Source: Azolla caroliniana
Taxonomy: Eukaryota > Plantae > Polypodiophyta
Direction of reading: 5' to 3'
Length of the DNA stretch: 64,000 nucleotides
NCBI GenBank assembly: GCA_043228905.1
Contig: JBHGNT010000011.1
Location: 3,844,001-3,908,000 of the forward strand
The notes under the pieces are model-generated. The model ran no database searches. It saw only the letters and a program-made list of their open reading frames with translations, and had not been told where the DNA came from. This document shows positions 36,018 to 49,800 of the stretch, piece by piece (position 1 is the first letter of the stretch; every line of letters begins with the position of its first letter). The position numbers and the translations under genes were made by a program.

Positions 36018-39000
36018 TGTCATGAAGGATTCCGACCATATGAGGAAACGAAGTCGGATGCATGTGAACACGGGTGTGCACAAGTGCACGTCTTTTGTAC
36101 AAACATATGTAAATAGCATAGGAATGATATGGTTTTGGTGATTACTAGGGAAGAATGATTCGATAGGTACTTTAGTGCCACATGGATGGGGAGATCTGTG
36201 AGAAAATCGATTATCATAAAGACGATGTAACAGCCTTCCCTTGTCCTATAAAAGGGGAGGCCTTGAACGGTTTTGGAGATTGAAGATTTGGGAGCATGAA
36301 GCTCAGTTCATTTGAGTGCGAAAGCTCTCTCTCCTCTCTCTATATTGTGCTCTATATTGCGGAACAAGAAGGTGAACCCTCTACTCACGCTGGAAGCCCG
36401 CATGCTCCCAACCAGAGGATCATCATTCTCTGTGTGTACGTCTGTTGAGCGCAGAGCTCCTTCTTCGGCTGCACCCGGTCGTACTCATGTGTTCTATGCC
36501 TAATCGAATAGAGACTCATTGTTCTAACTTTGTGTTCTTTTCTCATCTTTTTCATTCTATTCTGTTCTATTATGTTCTGTTCTGTTTGTGTCTGAGCAAC
36601 GTTAGGATCTTCCGAGGTCGCATGCAAGTGGAGACAATTGGTTGGCTTCGCTTCCCTTTTTCTTCCTCTATGTTTGACTCCTTGGTTCAAGACCCCGATG
36701 GTCCTGCCCCATTTCTACACAAACACGCGGAAAAGCGCGACATATTTGGTGACCCCAACATGAAAGGGGGCGAAAGAGGAGTCCGAACATGAGAGGAAGC
36801 GAACTCGCTAAGGCAATGGCAGTGGTTGTAGACCACCTAGTTAACGCTTGTGAGGGCACGAGCACCCTTGATAGGGCCATAGAAGCGATGGTCGACAAGA
36901 TAGGTCGGTTTAATGGGAAAGACGCAACAAGCTACTTGGAGGCCTACAGGGCCGAGATGTTGATGAGGAATATTCCGGAGGACAAACGGCTGTCCGGATT
37001 TCCTCAGGTCATAACGTCAAGCATCCATGCGGAGGTGCTCGAAGTGCAAGAGGACTTCTGTAATTGGGTAGACTTCGAGGGGCGGCTGCTCAAGAAGTAC
37101 GACTTCGATGATTCTCTCCGGCTGTTGAAGAAAGATTTCATGGATTGGGTTGAGAGCCCCGAAAAAGGTTGGAACGCATCGGCACTCCTTCAAGAGTTCG
37201 AGTCGCGATTCACGCGACTCTCAACATTGGACCAGACAATGCTTGATACAAGCAAGGATCTGTTTTTTGTTAAGTCAGTCGACTTGCTCGATCGCGATAA
37301 TGTGGGTCTCCTCTTGGAGACAGACGAAGGGCTCACAGTCGACTGGACTGCGGTTAGAGGAGTATGTAGCCATATTGACAAACGGCAAGACTAGAAAAAC
37401 GAAGGGTAATCAACTGTTGGTCTGACTACGGAGACAAGGGCTGAGCTAGCGTTGACCCATACGAAGGAAACGAGAAGGTGGCTCGAGTCAAGCCAAGTTC
37501 CGACCACCGTGGTCGCGGGACTGTCCGGGGGCGCGACTCTAGAGGAGATGAGGAAGATGGTGCACGATCTCCAGATCGCCCATGCCCGAAGGGATGGAGG
37601 AGGTCAATCATGTGACCGACGGTCGCCAGTTGACCAAAGGTGTATATGGTGCAATGTCGTCGGCCACGAACAAAAAGCCTGCACCGACTTCGGCGAAGCG
37701 CTTAGAAATAATGTGGTGTACCTCTGGAATGGTCGGGTGCACGCGAGCGACACGCAGACGCCGCTCGAAGTAAACACTGGACGATGCGGCATGAAGACGA
37801 TAATGGAGGAGGCAGTGGCGCGTCATGTCGAGGCAATTCATTACTTGGCCTCGGTCGGCATCCGTGTGGGTGGAGAGAAAGCCACCAGCTCCGGGTCCAA
37901 CTCTGGATTTTGGTCGGTAGTACTAGAGGGATTCCCCGGAAAGAAGTTGAAGGAGGAAGTGGACCGCGTAGAGAGGCGGGTTCACGAAGTCATCGGATGG
38001 AGCAATCTTGTTGAGGAAAAGACCGGCTTCGTACAAGCCGCATGCCAAAACTATGAGGTTTTGGTCAACGACAAGCAAGCCAGAAAGGTTGGAGGGGCAG
38101 GCCCTCGAGAATGGTCGACCCTACATCACAACGGCTCAAATGGAGACCAAGGTGTTGGACAACGGCTCGACATACGTGAGGGTGAAGAGCCAAGAAGGAC
38201 GGCACTCCATCCAATTTCTGACGGTTGCCCAAATCACGAGCGTAATCGGGATACTCTCAGCAACGATGACCGGCATGATTTTTGAAGAGAGCTATCAAGG
38301 CGTGGGGTCGCGATAGTCCGGACAACCGGAACAAACCCCACACCTGTACCATAGGTAGGAAACTTTTGTTCTCCGACAACAGAGGTTGTACTATAGTCGG
38401 CATTGGTGGCCGGAACAAGAAGCAAGTCGAAGAATGCTTGAAGACGTGTGGAGACTTGAGGCCCGACGAGGAGATCGGCGACGCCGTGGAGGCGGTATCA
38501 TTCGATGACACCCTCGAGGAGATCAAGAGGGTAGTCAAGGAGGATTTGAGCGAAGACTGAGTCATACCGGTCAATTCAGTTGAGATGTACGAAGTCATCA
38601 CGGACTTCGAGGGGAAGATCGAGGCGGACCGGACCGCCCGCGTGAACACAAAGTACAAAAATCTGGACCAGAAGGTGAGGCCAGTTGTGGCTCCCTTGCC
38701 GGAGGACAGCTGGGAGCGTATGAAAGGGGTTGCTACCGACCCAAGTTTACAATATCCGGCCGGCATAGGACACTGGTTCACCGACAAGATGCTACGAGAG
38801 CTGAAGATCAGTGGGGGTGGCTTCCTACTACTGATGGAAGAAGGCCAATTTTGGAGAATGCTTGAGAGGCACAAGAAAGCCTTCGCGTTCTCACTAGGGG
38901 AGATCGGGTGCGTCGACCCGACTATTGTAGAACCAATGGTGATCTTCACGGTACCGCATGTGATGTGGAGTCTCAAGCTGATTCCAGTACCAAGGGCTCA

Positions 39001-41107
39001 CATCCCGAAATTGATGGAGCTAGTTAAGCAGAAAGTGGAGATGGGTATCCTTGAACCATCGAGTGCCCCTTATTCAAATTGGTGGTTTACGGTGCTAAAG
39101 AAGAACGGCTCACTGTAGTTCATTCAGGACCTACAACTGGTCAACAAAGTGACCATTCGAAATGTAGGAATCGGACTGATGATTGACGAGTTCGCGGAGG
39201 CCTTCGCCAGAAGGTCCATATATTCAGTCGGGAACTTATACTCGGGGTACGACCAGTTCTAGCTAGCAGTCAAAAGTAGGGACATCACGACGATGCGAAC
39301 CCCTCTTGGCCTAGTTCGGATGTGCACCCTACCGCAAGGAGGGACCAATTCGGTGGCGCACATGGTCAATGCGATGAAAAAAGTGTTGAGGGATTGCATC
39401 CTGGACATCACCATGCCGTTCCTAGATGACATTCCAATCAAGGGATGTCCGGAGGACACGAAGGACAAATCGATCGGAACAAACGGATGTCGTAGGTTTG
39501 TCGTGGACCACATCTCAGACTGCAAGAAGATACTATAGAGGCTCGAGGGTGCTTGGCTTCCTTTCTTCGGGGCAAAGTCTTCTTTCGGACATCCGAAGAT
39601 CCTAGTGGTCGGCCACCTGTGCAGTCCATACAGCCAAAAACCATCCCCGGCAAAGGTAGAAGCCATCTCGCCTATGAAGGAAGAATGTGGGTCGGTAACC
39701 GAAGTCCGCAATTCTTGGAGGCATGCACCTTCTAGCACATTTGGATTCAGCTCTACATGCATATCATCGAGCCACTCTATGGCTTGTTGAAGAAAGGACG
39801 GAAATTCAAATGGGACGTAGAACACGTAGAGGCGGTCAAAAGTCTAAAGGAGATGGTGACGGCTGCACTGGCTCGCCGGAAAGTCATATACAAGCTGGAC
39901 ACTCCGGTTTACATTACAATGGACACAAGTCTGACCGGAATCGGGTGGGTCGTAAATCAGGGAGACGAGAATGGTGCACGTTTTCCCATCCGGTTCAGCG
40001 CAAAGTTAAGCGAGCGACATCGAGGATACGCCCAAGTTAAATGTGAGCTATGGGGTATCGTTTTAGTAGTTAAGGTCGACAAGGACTATTTAATCGAGAC
40101 AGATGTAATTATAGAGACGGACTGCTTACCGATTCTCGGTATGGTTCCTCGATGCGCAACTCCAGACCTGGCGTTGCTCAGATGGATTGCGTACATCAAG
40201 TCCCTGAATCCGGAAATACGGCATATCTCCGGGAGAGACAACGTCATGGCCAATATGCTTTCAAGAGAGAGGTTTGAAAATGAGAACGACATGGTGTCGG
40301 AAAACGAAGAGGTTGGCGTGGACTTCTTCAAGTCAGCCCGAATGACGGCAAACAAGTGACGCACTCCACCCCTGAACGAGTTCAACGAAGATGATTACGA
40401 TGGGGAATGACTTCTGATCGGAAGATTCCTAAGCACAATGACGACAGACACGTCGTGGACGAAAGAAGAAGTGACTCGACTCCGGAAGAAAGCTCTAACG
40501 AACCAGGTGGAAGGTTGAGCGTTGACGAACAAGAAAACAACAACCGTATGCAAGTTCCTAATAGAGGATGTCGTCTGTTGATACGGGTGCGTGGGGAAGA
40601 TCGTGGTCGATCGAGGGGGGCTGGACGCGGAAGAGGCTAAAGAGTTATTTGGCTAGCTAGGGGTTAAGTTGTCCCTCACGACAACGTACAACCCGGAGGC
40701 GAACAGGAAGGTTGGGTGAGGGCACGAGCCGATCGTAAAAGCTATAGTACACACATGCGATGGGAAAGTTGGTAACTGGCCAAGGCTCCTACCTTACGCA
40801 TTGTGGGCGGACCAAACTACGCATAGTTCGGTGACTAGGTACATGCCAACGGAGCTCATGTTCAGACAAAAACCAATCATGCCGGTTGAACAAACGATCA
40901 CCTCATGGATGGGAGTCGATTGGACCGATGAGATGAGTCAGGAGGAGTTGGCGGCGGCAAGGATCCGACAACTCGAGCTGATGCCTGAAGATGTCAAGCG
41001 AGCGACGGTGAGAACGGAAGAGGTGCGGAAGAGAAACAAAGCCCGGTTCAATAGGACGCACCAAATCCAGCCAAGGAAGATTGAGGAAGGTGATTGGGTG
41101 TTAGTCA
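36018..41107 (+). mobile_element. Trp-PBS non-chromoviral Gypsy (Phygy/Selgy-like), 3'-truncated, degenerate gag-pol
   Basis: 5' LTR 36018-36742 (TGTCA...GCGACA); PBS TGGTGACCCCAACATGA at 36747; gag 36789-38285; RT (LPQGGTNS, FLDD), RNase H (TDCLP) and partial integrase. Confidence 0.85.
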
Positions 41108-41828
41108 ACAAAAGAGGGCATGTACAAAACGTTTCCCTGGTCCAACACTTGGAAATACATGCACAAAATCCAATAGCATTGACCTTGATCTTGTTGTCTC
41201 GTGACATGCTCAATGAAGTGTCACTGAGTAGAAGCCCTTTAGACTACTATTTGACCAACCATCAAAAGTAATAGAAAATCTTGATTGGCTTTTTGATAAC
41301 AAATCTATCACTTGATGGCACAACACCACATACATTTCTGAGATGGAACGTTTAATCATGTGCCTTGTCTTCATCTGATATCCAGGTACAAGTTGTTGTA
41401 TGAACTCTTTAAATGCATGTGATTCCACATGTGCATGGGGCAAAGTTCCCTTGACAATATACTTCGTGATGGCACCATCAATTTTCTTCTCTAAACACGA
41501 GATACTTTAGTAGACTCTATAAGAGATCGAATAATCTTTGAAATACCTGAATTTTGATTTGGTTCGTTTGATAGATTATGCTTTTCTGCTAAATGCTTAG
41601 CTATAGTACCTGTGGATGTTGTTGAAGACCAACAAACATGACAATGATGACATCGTCGTCGAGGTGTGCCATTATCCGTATAAGATATGATGTGAGCATT
41701 TGTCCATGATGTACATTGCCTTTTTCTTGACATGCTTGTTTGCCCATGGCTAACATTAATTGACGATGAGTCCATTGCTGCATGAGTTTGAGAAGATTAT
41801 TCCATTTTATGTTGTTCCTATAAAACAT
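41108..41828 (-). pseudogene. hAT transposase N-terminal remnant (BED finger and first catalytic Asp)
   Basis: W...CHHCHVCWSSTTSTGTIAKHLAEKH and FSITFDGWS motifs. Confidence 0.85.
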
Positions 41829-42419
41829 AAAAAAGAAAGCATGATTATGTATCTAATACACATAATTTGTCCATAAGATAGTAACTACCATGACTATGAC
41901 TCATATATGTATCATCTTATTAATTAAAATGGTCATATTGAATACACACATCTACCACATATTCTTTATCATACCTTATAAGCCATGTGCATGCATGTTC
42001 ATATCAAATTTGCATAATCATAATTACATGGGATAGTAAAATGTCCACAGCCATTAACCCTATGTATTAGTGATATTTCTTTCCTTCCCTTGAGTTGTCA
42101 TGATGAATAAGAGAAATTTGGCCTTTGCAAAAGAAGTCCCACATTGGATTCATTGGCAATACGGTAGTAGAAGAAGAAGAACAAGAGAAGGCCCACAAAC
42201 ATGAAGGAAAAAGAAAGACAAGAAGAGGAAGATTGACTTGGGAAGGAGATAACAATATGTGGGGCCATAATGGATACTATGAAAGGACAAGAAATACATG
42301 TCAACATTTTAAGACAATTTGTTCATAGACAATAATATGATTGATCTAATGAAGTCGATGATGGTGTACGTATTAATCTAGGGCTTACTATGTAAATAGA
42401 CATGGATGCCCTATTACAG

Positions 42420-43069
42420 TTTGATGCTTGGAAGAAGGGATTCAAGTCTGATGCCATTATTGGAAGCATGATATAAGCACATACAACAAGTATGATGACA
42501 TTGTAGAAGTAGAGATTGTTTTTGCTGCATTATTAGAGCATGATATTGTGGCTTGGAATGTCATGCTCTCAGGGTATGTTAAGCATCACCAAGAGCATAA
42601 TGCTTTTAAATTGTATGCACAAATGCAAGAAGAAAGCATACCTAAGATGAGTGGACATTTGTGGCCTATGTTCAAGCAGTGGAATGTCATGCTCTCAGGG
42701 TATGTTAAGCATCACCAAGAGCATAATGCTTTTAAATTGTATGCACAAATGCAAGAAGAAAGCATACCTAAGATGAGTGGACATTTGTGGCCTATGTTCA
42801 AGCAGTGGAATGTCATGCTCTCAGGGTATGTTAAGCATCACCAAGAGCATAATGCTTTTAAATTGTATGCACAAATGCAAGAAGAAAGCATACCTAAGAT
42901 GAGTGGACATTTGTGGCCTATGTTCAAGCAGTGGAATGTCATGCTCTCAGGGTATGTTAAGCATCACCAAGAGCATAATGCTTTTAAATTGTATGCACAA
43001 ATGCAAGAAGAAAGCATACCTAAGATGAGTGGACATTTGTGGCCTATGTTCAAGCAGTGGTTGGAGTAG
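42420..43069 (+). pseudogene. PLS-class PPR gene fragment with four identical 126-bp units (42554-43060)
   Basis: DIVAWNVMLSGYVKHHQEHNAFKLYAQMQEES; the continuation DEWTFVAYVQA lies in another frame. Units start at 42554, 42680, 42806 and 42932. Confidence 0.85.
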
Positions 43070-44100
43070 AGACCAAACCATCATCTTGTTGTACAACTAT
43101 TGAGGAGGCTTATGTTGAGCTTAGGTATTTATATACAATTCACGTGTGATACTAATGATATTGTATATAGGGACTTATTTGTTAAAATTTTGCAAGCAAG
43201 AGCTTGTTGGGTGTAATGAGCGGTGAAGAGAGCTAGAGCTTTTGGATAAGGTATCTCAACTTTGGTTTCTATAGGCTATTATGGTATATTGGTTTGACTA
43301 ATTTCAAACTACTTTGAAACATATTTTTCATTCTTGAAGGGAGGAGATCCTCTTGAATTTAAACTTATTGAAAGATCTACTAGTCTATGGTCATTTTCCC
43401 AAGCAGATCCATTTGCTAAGAATTTTCTTTCCAGGTTTGTCTTCATTTTGTAATTTCTTTCCAACTTTTGTTCTTACAATTCCGCAATTTGTTTTAGAGA
43501 TTGTAACATTTCTATTTCCAAATGAATTTGCAGTAATGCAAAAATTAGCAATTCACTTACCAATATCACTGAGGAAGATAAGGTAGAATTAATTCCTGAA
43601 GATGGTTCAGCGTTAAAAAAGGCACAAAGTTCATTGGGGAAATTTTTTGTTGATCATGATGCCACAACAATTAACCCAATTGCAGATAGTCTTACCACTA
43701 GTATCAAATGTTCCCTTGAGGATGACAGAAAGAAAGGGTTGGATCTATGCAAGAGCAACAAACCAGCCGTGAAAGGTCAATATGCAAGAAGAAACAGGCA
43801 AAGGAGTAATCATTTTGGAGATGGGTGTGCTCTATTATTAGATTTAGGGAAACCTGAAGTTGAGTGCAGATCTTCAAATCATTGTCCGGGAATTGTATCT
43901 ATTCTCAGGAATGGTAAGGTGCCAGTCTGAAGGAAGAATCAACTAGATTGATATCACTAGAGGTTGGTTGAGCACTACATGCTGATGCTCGAAGGAAAGG
44001 GTTTGAGGCAAGAATTTATGTGACATCTAAGGTTGGCTACTATTATGCACACATAAAACAAGGATACATTTTACACTTCCATACTTGAAACCATAGCTTT

Positions 44101-44309
44101 CAAATACTTTTGCCTGTAGACCATTTGAGCTTCATTCTCCTAAACCTTGCCCTCTATATTATTGTACATTTTCTTTTGTACAAGCTCACACATCTTAGAT
44201 AGGCAAATACTTTTGCCAGCAGACCATTTGAGCTTCATTCTCCTAAACCTTGCCCTCTATATTACTATACATTTTCTTTTGTACAGGCTCACACCTCTTA
44301 GATAGGCAA
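44101..44309. repeat. 103-bp tandem duplication
   Basis: CAAATACTTTTGCC...CTTAGATAGG starts at 44101 and again at 44204. Confidence 0.9.
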
Positions 44310-44834
44310 TCATGCGCAAACTATCAAATGTTGAGAACAATAAATGAGAAGAAAATAGAAATGCTGACAGAATGACATAGGTGAGGAGAGATATGAAGAA
44401 ACAAGATTCGGACATTTCCCTTTAACATAAGCTTTTGTTATTTATGAGGTTTGCGAATGTTAGAATCTCTCTTTGGATACACCATGAATAATATCTGTAT
44501 GAATCATCTCACAACACACATATGATGTAATTTCCAATGGTTTTCTCCACTCTGAAGTAGTTCAATTTAAAGTGTAAATTACAATCATGCATCCCCTAAT
44601 TGTTGTATGAATTATATTTATTCTATCTTCTTACCCACTGAGTTCATATACTTCATTTAGAAAGAAACAGACATCAACATGCTTCTTTTCACTACGCAAA
44701 ATGCTTCACACTACCACAAGCATCCTTTGATTGAAGCAAAATTCATCCATGAATTATGTTTCTATATGGTAAGGAGAGAAAGGAGAGACCATCACAAAAC
44801 GAACAGTTCCTATCAAGATCTGCCAAGCAATACA

Positions 44835-44915
44835 ATTTGATGCTTGGAAGAAGGGATTTAGTTCTGATTCATTATTGGAAGCATGCTTCTAAAGTTATAA
44901 GCATGTACAACAAGT
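44835..44915 (+). pseudogene. Second degenerate PPR fragment related to 42420-42495
   Basis: Shares TTGATGCTTGGAAGAAGGGATT...ATTATTGGAAGCATG...ACAACAAGT. Confidence 0.65.
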
Positions 44916-46148
44916 TGAATCTCCATTCTAGTCTATAGATATGCGCATGTTGATACTTGTAGGAGGATGAGATGAGAGAGAGAGAGAGAGTTTTTATTTC
45001 AAGAATCATACCTGTGTAACATGTTATAGTAGACTGTAGTAGGAAGAGGACTCATGAGTCAGGAGTCACGATGAGGAGGAGGTAGTAGTTGCATAGATAA
45101 AGCAGGAGAGAGTATGTATTGTGGAGGTGCATAGAAACAGAGGTAGGAGTCAAGACTTAGAAGTTAGAAATTGAAAGTTAGAGGGAAAATTTAGGATTAT
45201 TATTTTTAAACCTAAAAACCAAACCTTTAAACCGAACCGAACCGAAACTAAACCAAATAGTATACTTTGAAACCAAACCAAACTAATTATTTAACTTTGA
45301 ACCAATAAACCATTAAACCACGGGTTAGCGGTTTGGTTTAGTTTGAGCTGAAACCGGGCCCATTGCTACAAGTTGACCTCGAAGTTTGCGAGGCGGTGGT
45401 TCGAACCGTATGTGGTGACAAGCGCCAACGACAATGCGATGTACCACCTTGCAGATCTCGAGGAGACGAAGGTCGCGATGCCGGTGGCGGGGAAACGGAT
45501 AAAGGCCTTTAAGAAGCGGCACAGGGAGGAGCCGGATCCGGAGATAGAGGTTGGAAGCGCAGACGAGGACAAGGACGAGATGCCGGATGAAGACCGGATC
45601 AACAACAATTCCGAAGGGGACGAATGAGACTGTACCCCGAATCCCACCGCTTCATTTCTTGGCACATGCCAGAGGATGTGCAATTTGGTGTGGGTGGATG
45701 TCCTGGGAAATTCCGGCTACTAGGAGAAACTCGCCGAATGCTCGTGAACGGGAGTGTGCACGGAAGCACACAAAATTGTCTTTTGTACAAACATGTGTAA
45801 ATAGCATAGTATTAGTTGGAGTGTTGATAAGTACAAGGTAGGAGAGTTAATATGTACTTTATCATCACACGTATAAAGAGGAATAAGGGACTGATGGGAG
45901 AAAATTGAAGAGAAAATCTGAGAAAAATGTGGTTGTCTTAACAACTTGATGTAAGGGCTTCTCTCTCTCCTTCAGCTATAAAAGGAGAGAGAGAAGATTG
46001 AAAGAGGGATCCACTATTTTGGAGGAGGAAGTGATGTCAAACCGAGCTCCACATATTTCTATCTTCCTAATCTCTGTTTCTGTCACTGTGCTGTGAGGCC
46101 TCCGTTTCGCACTGGTAGCCCGTGTGCTCTTGAACGGAGGCTCGCTAG

Positions 46149-46194
<46 letters not shown>

Positions 46195-46596
46195 TGCGCA
46201 TGTAGAGCTCGAGGCTCTTTTGCCAGTCGCGCCCAGTTGTAATTTTCTTGTTCTCCCTGTTAATCATTAGTTTTGTTGAGTATCTCCGTGTGTTTGGGCA
46301 TCCCCGTGTTCTTATCTCTGTTCTATTCTTGTTTGCGTGTGTGTTACTGAGTGTGTGAGCTCGCGAGCTCATCGTTGCTATCAAACAACCGGTCTGGAAT
46401 AGTATACGTCCCCGAGCCCGCGCACTCACTGCCCGACATCTAGGGATCGATCCGGAGCGGGCACATGTCCGGAAACCGATCCAATGAAGTTGTCCAAAAA
46501 ACGATCCGAACAATCTTTCTTCTCTTACTCGCTCCTTGGTCCAAGACCTAGGTGGTCTCGTCCTATTCTAACACATACTCGCAGTAATCCGCGACA

Positions 46597-46840
46597 CTGT
46601 GTGCTCATCATCCGGCATCCGGAGACTGGTTGAGATCGGATACGTGTCCGGACCGTGATCCAACGAAGTTATCCAGAAAACAATCCTAATAATCTCTCTT
46701 CCCTTACCGGTTCCGAACGGCGCTCCATCGAAGTTATCTGGAAACCAATCCGGATAATCTCTCTTCCCTTACCGGCTCCTTGGTCCGAGAACCAGGTGAT
46801 CCCACCCCGTTTCAACACATACTCGCGGATTTCCACGACA
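46597..46840 (+). repeat. 3' end of a second related LTR (ends CCACGACA)
   Basis: Parallels 46400-46596 and contains an internal duplication. Confidence 0.65.
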
Positions 46841-49800
46841 ACGTTTGAAATCTTGACGGTAGTAGGAGTTGTGTTCTCGGGATTGTTCTAGGTTGTGTAG
46901 GCCCGACCGAATCAGCCTCTTCTTCCATAATTTTTTCCTCTTCCTCTATCGAAATTCAAATAGAGCATGTGTCCTTCTTGCGCATTGCTTCTTGTCCGAC
47001 GATGATTTTCTTCAAGCAGTAGCATCAATTGGAAATCGAAGAAGGAGGGAGGATTCTCCCTTGTGAGGACTGTCGAATGTATGGCGCCGAACCGAGGTGC
47101 TAGGCCTCCAAGGCATATCTGCACCATTTCATCATCGTCAATGTTAACATTAATTGACCCGGGGGAGTCACATAGCTCCTTGATCTTCAAGGTGTAGCTG
47201 TCGATTGACATGTCCCTCTGTTGTATGTTGTTCAACTCCTAACGGAGTTGAAGCTTTCTTGCAATCGTGTTGGCCACGAATATCTTTTTGAGATTCCCTC
47301 ATGTCTCCTTTGGCGTTTTGGCCTCTTGGATGTAGTCGAGCATGTGATCATGGACACATGATGCAAGGCAATACAACACATGACTTGCCACTTTTTCCCA
47401 AGCTAGGTAGTCGGCATGTGTTGGGTTGGGTTGCATTTATTGTGCTCCTTCAATATAACTCCAATAGCCTTGGCCGACAAGGTATTGGTGCATCTTGTAC
47501 TCCCAAGATGCAAAGTTGTTTCTGTCGAGTTTCTCAGTAGGAAAATTGCTTCCCATCTGAGTATTCATGTCGACTGATGTTGAGCAAGCAAGCTCAACTT
47601 GGGATGGATCGGTTGAAGAAGCAGAGAAGCCGGGAGCCGGATCGGACAGAGACCGATCGACGAGGCCGGATCGGCGGGAGCCGGAAGGTTGTTGGAAAGA
47701 TATTCCGCAAAGGAATATATTTGGGAGTTAGCATAGGAGCTCATTTATGAGCATTCAAGTACTGACGGTACTTGTGTCAGTAGTTTTAAGGACTTATATA
47801 AAAGTGCTCTCTGAGCACATTCGATGTACGGAGTGTTCATTATTTGAATTGAGTTTTTATGTTCTCCTCTCTCTGGCACTCCCATATACTTTTTGTGCAT
47901 TTGAAGCTTTCCATTTAGCCTGCGTATTGTCTGTTGATGTTCGGCTTAGCCAGTTGTGTCTACGCTTTCACACATAACTTTTACATGGTATTAAAGCGAG
48001 AGGATTAGAACATCCTTTGCTGCCAATAAGAGATTTTGACACAAACCAAGACCTAACACCTGGTAAGAACAGAAAAGAAGAGAAATGGATAGAGGAATGG
48101 TTAGCTCACTTCTGACAGAGAAGCTCGACAGAAGCAACTACGCATCTTGGTCATACAAGATGCACCATGACCTGCTCAAATAGTGACACTAGAGTTATGT
48201 CGACAGAGCAAATGATGCAGCACCGGATAAGACACACGGGGACTTTCCGGCTTGGGAACAAGCGGCAAGCAAGGTAATGTACTACTTTGTGTCCAGTGTC
48301 GGCAGCAGCTTTTAGCTACATCCGGGACGCCAAAATGCCAAAGGATGCTTGTGGAAATCTGAAGAAGAATTTCGTTACAACCACCACAGCCAGAAAGCTT
48401 CAACTCAACCAGGAGTTGAGCAATGTTTGACAAAGAGATATGTCAGTGGCTGACTACACCTCCAAGATCAAGGATATTTGCGACTCCCTTGCCTCCATCA
48501 ACATTAATGTCAAGGAGGACGAAATGGTGTAGGTTTGCCTCGGAGGGTTGGCGTCAAAGTTCGGATCATTCTGGAAAGCGATCTGCATTAGGGAGAACAC
48601 ACCTTCATTTTTTGAGCTACAATCGATGTTGCTTGTAGAAGAAAACAACAGGTCATCGACGAGGACGCACACCGATAGCAAGACGTTGTACACAAAGGAA
48701 GATAGGTCTCGTGGTCATGATGGACAAGGTGGGTCGGCTCGCAATGGAGGCGGTTGACAAGAGCAAAACTAAAGGCATAATCGAAATGCCGACAGCAATT
48801 CCGGACCCTCCGGAAACAGGGGGAGTCAAGGTGGCATTAGAAATCAGCAAGAAAAGGACGACTCGAAATGCTAGTATTGTGGCAAGAAGGGCCACAAGGA
48901 GAGCAAGTGCTAGAAGAAGCGCGCTGATTCAGACAAATCCGGATCCAGAAAAGCCGAACACGGAAATCGACAGTGGTCACACTACACCAAAGGCTCAGGA
49001 GGGGCTGAAAATGGATCGGGCCCAGCCTTTGTGATGAAGCACAATGCTAATTCAATGAAGACAAGCACCTCAAAACCAAACGAGGATGGTATGTTGATTC
49101 CAGAGCATCGAACCATATGACAAGTGGTTCTCGTATCTGGAGAAACCAGAACAACCGAGGATCATCGAAACCGATGATGACACCCCACATACCATTGAAT
49201 ATGGCAGTGAAGTTCCCTTAAACCATGGTGGACAAAAAGGGAAGCTAATGAACGTCTTGCACATCCCGACAATCATGAAGAACCTAGTGTCGGTCGGACA
49301 AATTGTCAACAAAAAGATGCAGGTTCGGTTCACACACCTCGGGTGGTGTTTCATCAAAGAAGAAGGCAAACTCATCGCACAAGGGCACCGAGAAGGGAGG
49401 ATGTTCATCCTTGAAACGAACGAAGTCGGAACCTCTATGTTTGCAAAAGGGCAAAATGTCAAGCTGGATATCGACCTATAGCACAAGCGGTTTGGCCATG
49501 TCAACTTCCCACGGCTTCGAGAAATGCAAACGAAGAATATCATTTTTGAGTTGTTGAAATTTACTGCTCGAAACAGCCAAGTCTATGAAGCCTGCCAACT
49601 AAGGAAGCAGCACCAACTTCCATTCCCCAACGAGCAAAATTGAAACCGGAATTGGCTCGATTTGATCCATTCAAATGTGTGGGGACCAGCACAGAACGTG
49701 AGCATTGGAGGAAGCCGTTACTTTGTAACCTTTATCGATGACTACGCTCAGCACACTTAGGCGTGCTTGATCATGAAGAAGAGCGAAGTCTTCGCCTGCT

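Larger units (their letters stand above)
35735..45368 (-). mobile_element. hAT DNA transposon carrying a transposase remnant and gene fragments
   Basis: TIR TAACAATGGGCTCGGTT versus reverse complement TAGCAATGGGCCCGGTT; AAACC/AACCG subterminal repeats at both ends; decayed 8-bp TSD CCGGTCAA/CAAGTTGA. Confidence 0.8.
23608..46596 (+). mobile_element. Non-chromoviral Gypsy (Phygy/Selgy-like) integrase and 3' LTR, split into 23608-24300, 35436-35734 and 45369-46596
   Basis: Integrase HHCC (HESPWSGH...CESCQ), DRGE and WVDRTTH resume across each insertion and end KFARRWFEPY; 3' LTR 45699-46596 (TGTCC...GCGACA). Confidence 0.75.

Noticed and set aside
42548-43069. Intact PPR editing-factor gene
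   Set aside because: No transit peptide or E/DYW domain, frameshifted flanks, and it lies inside a transposon.
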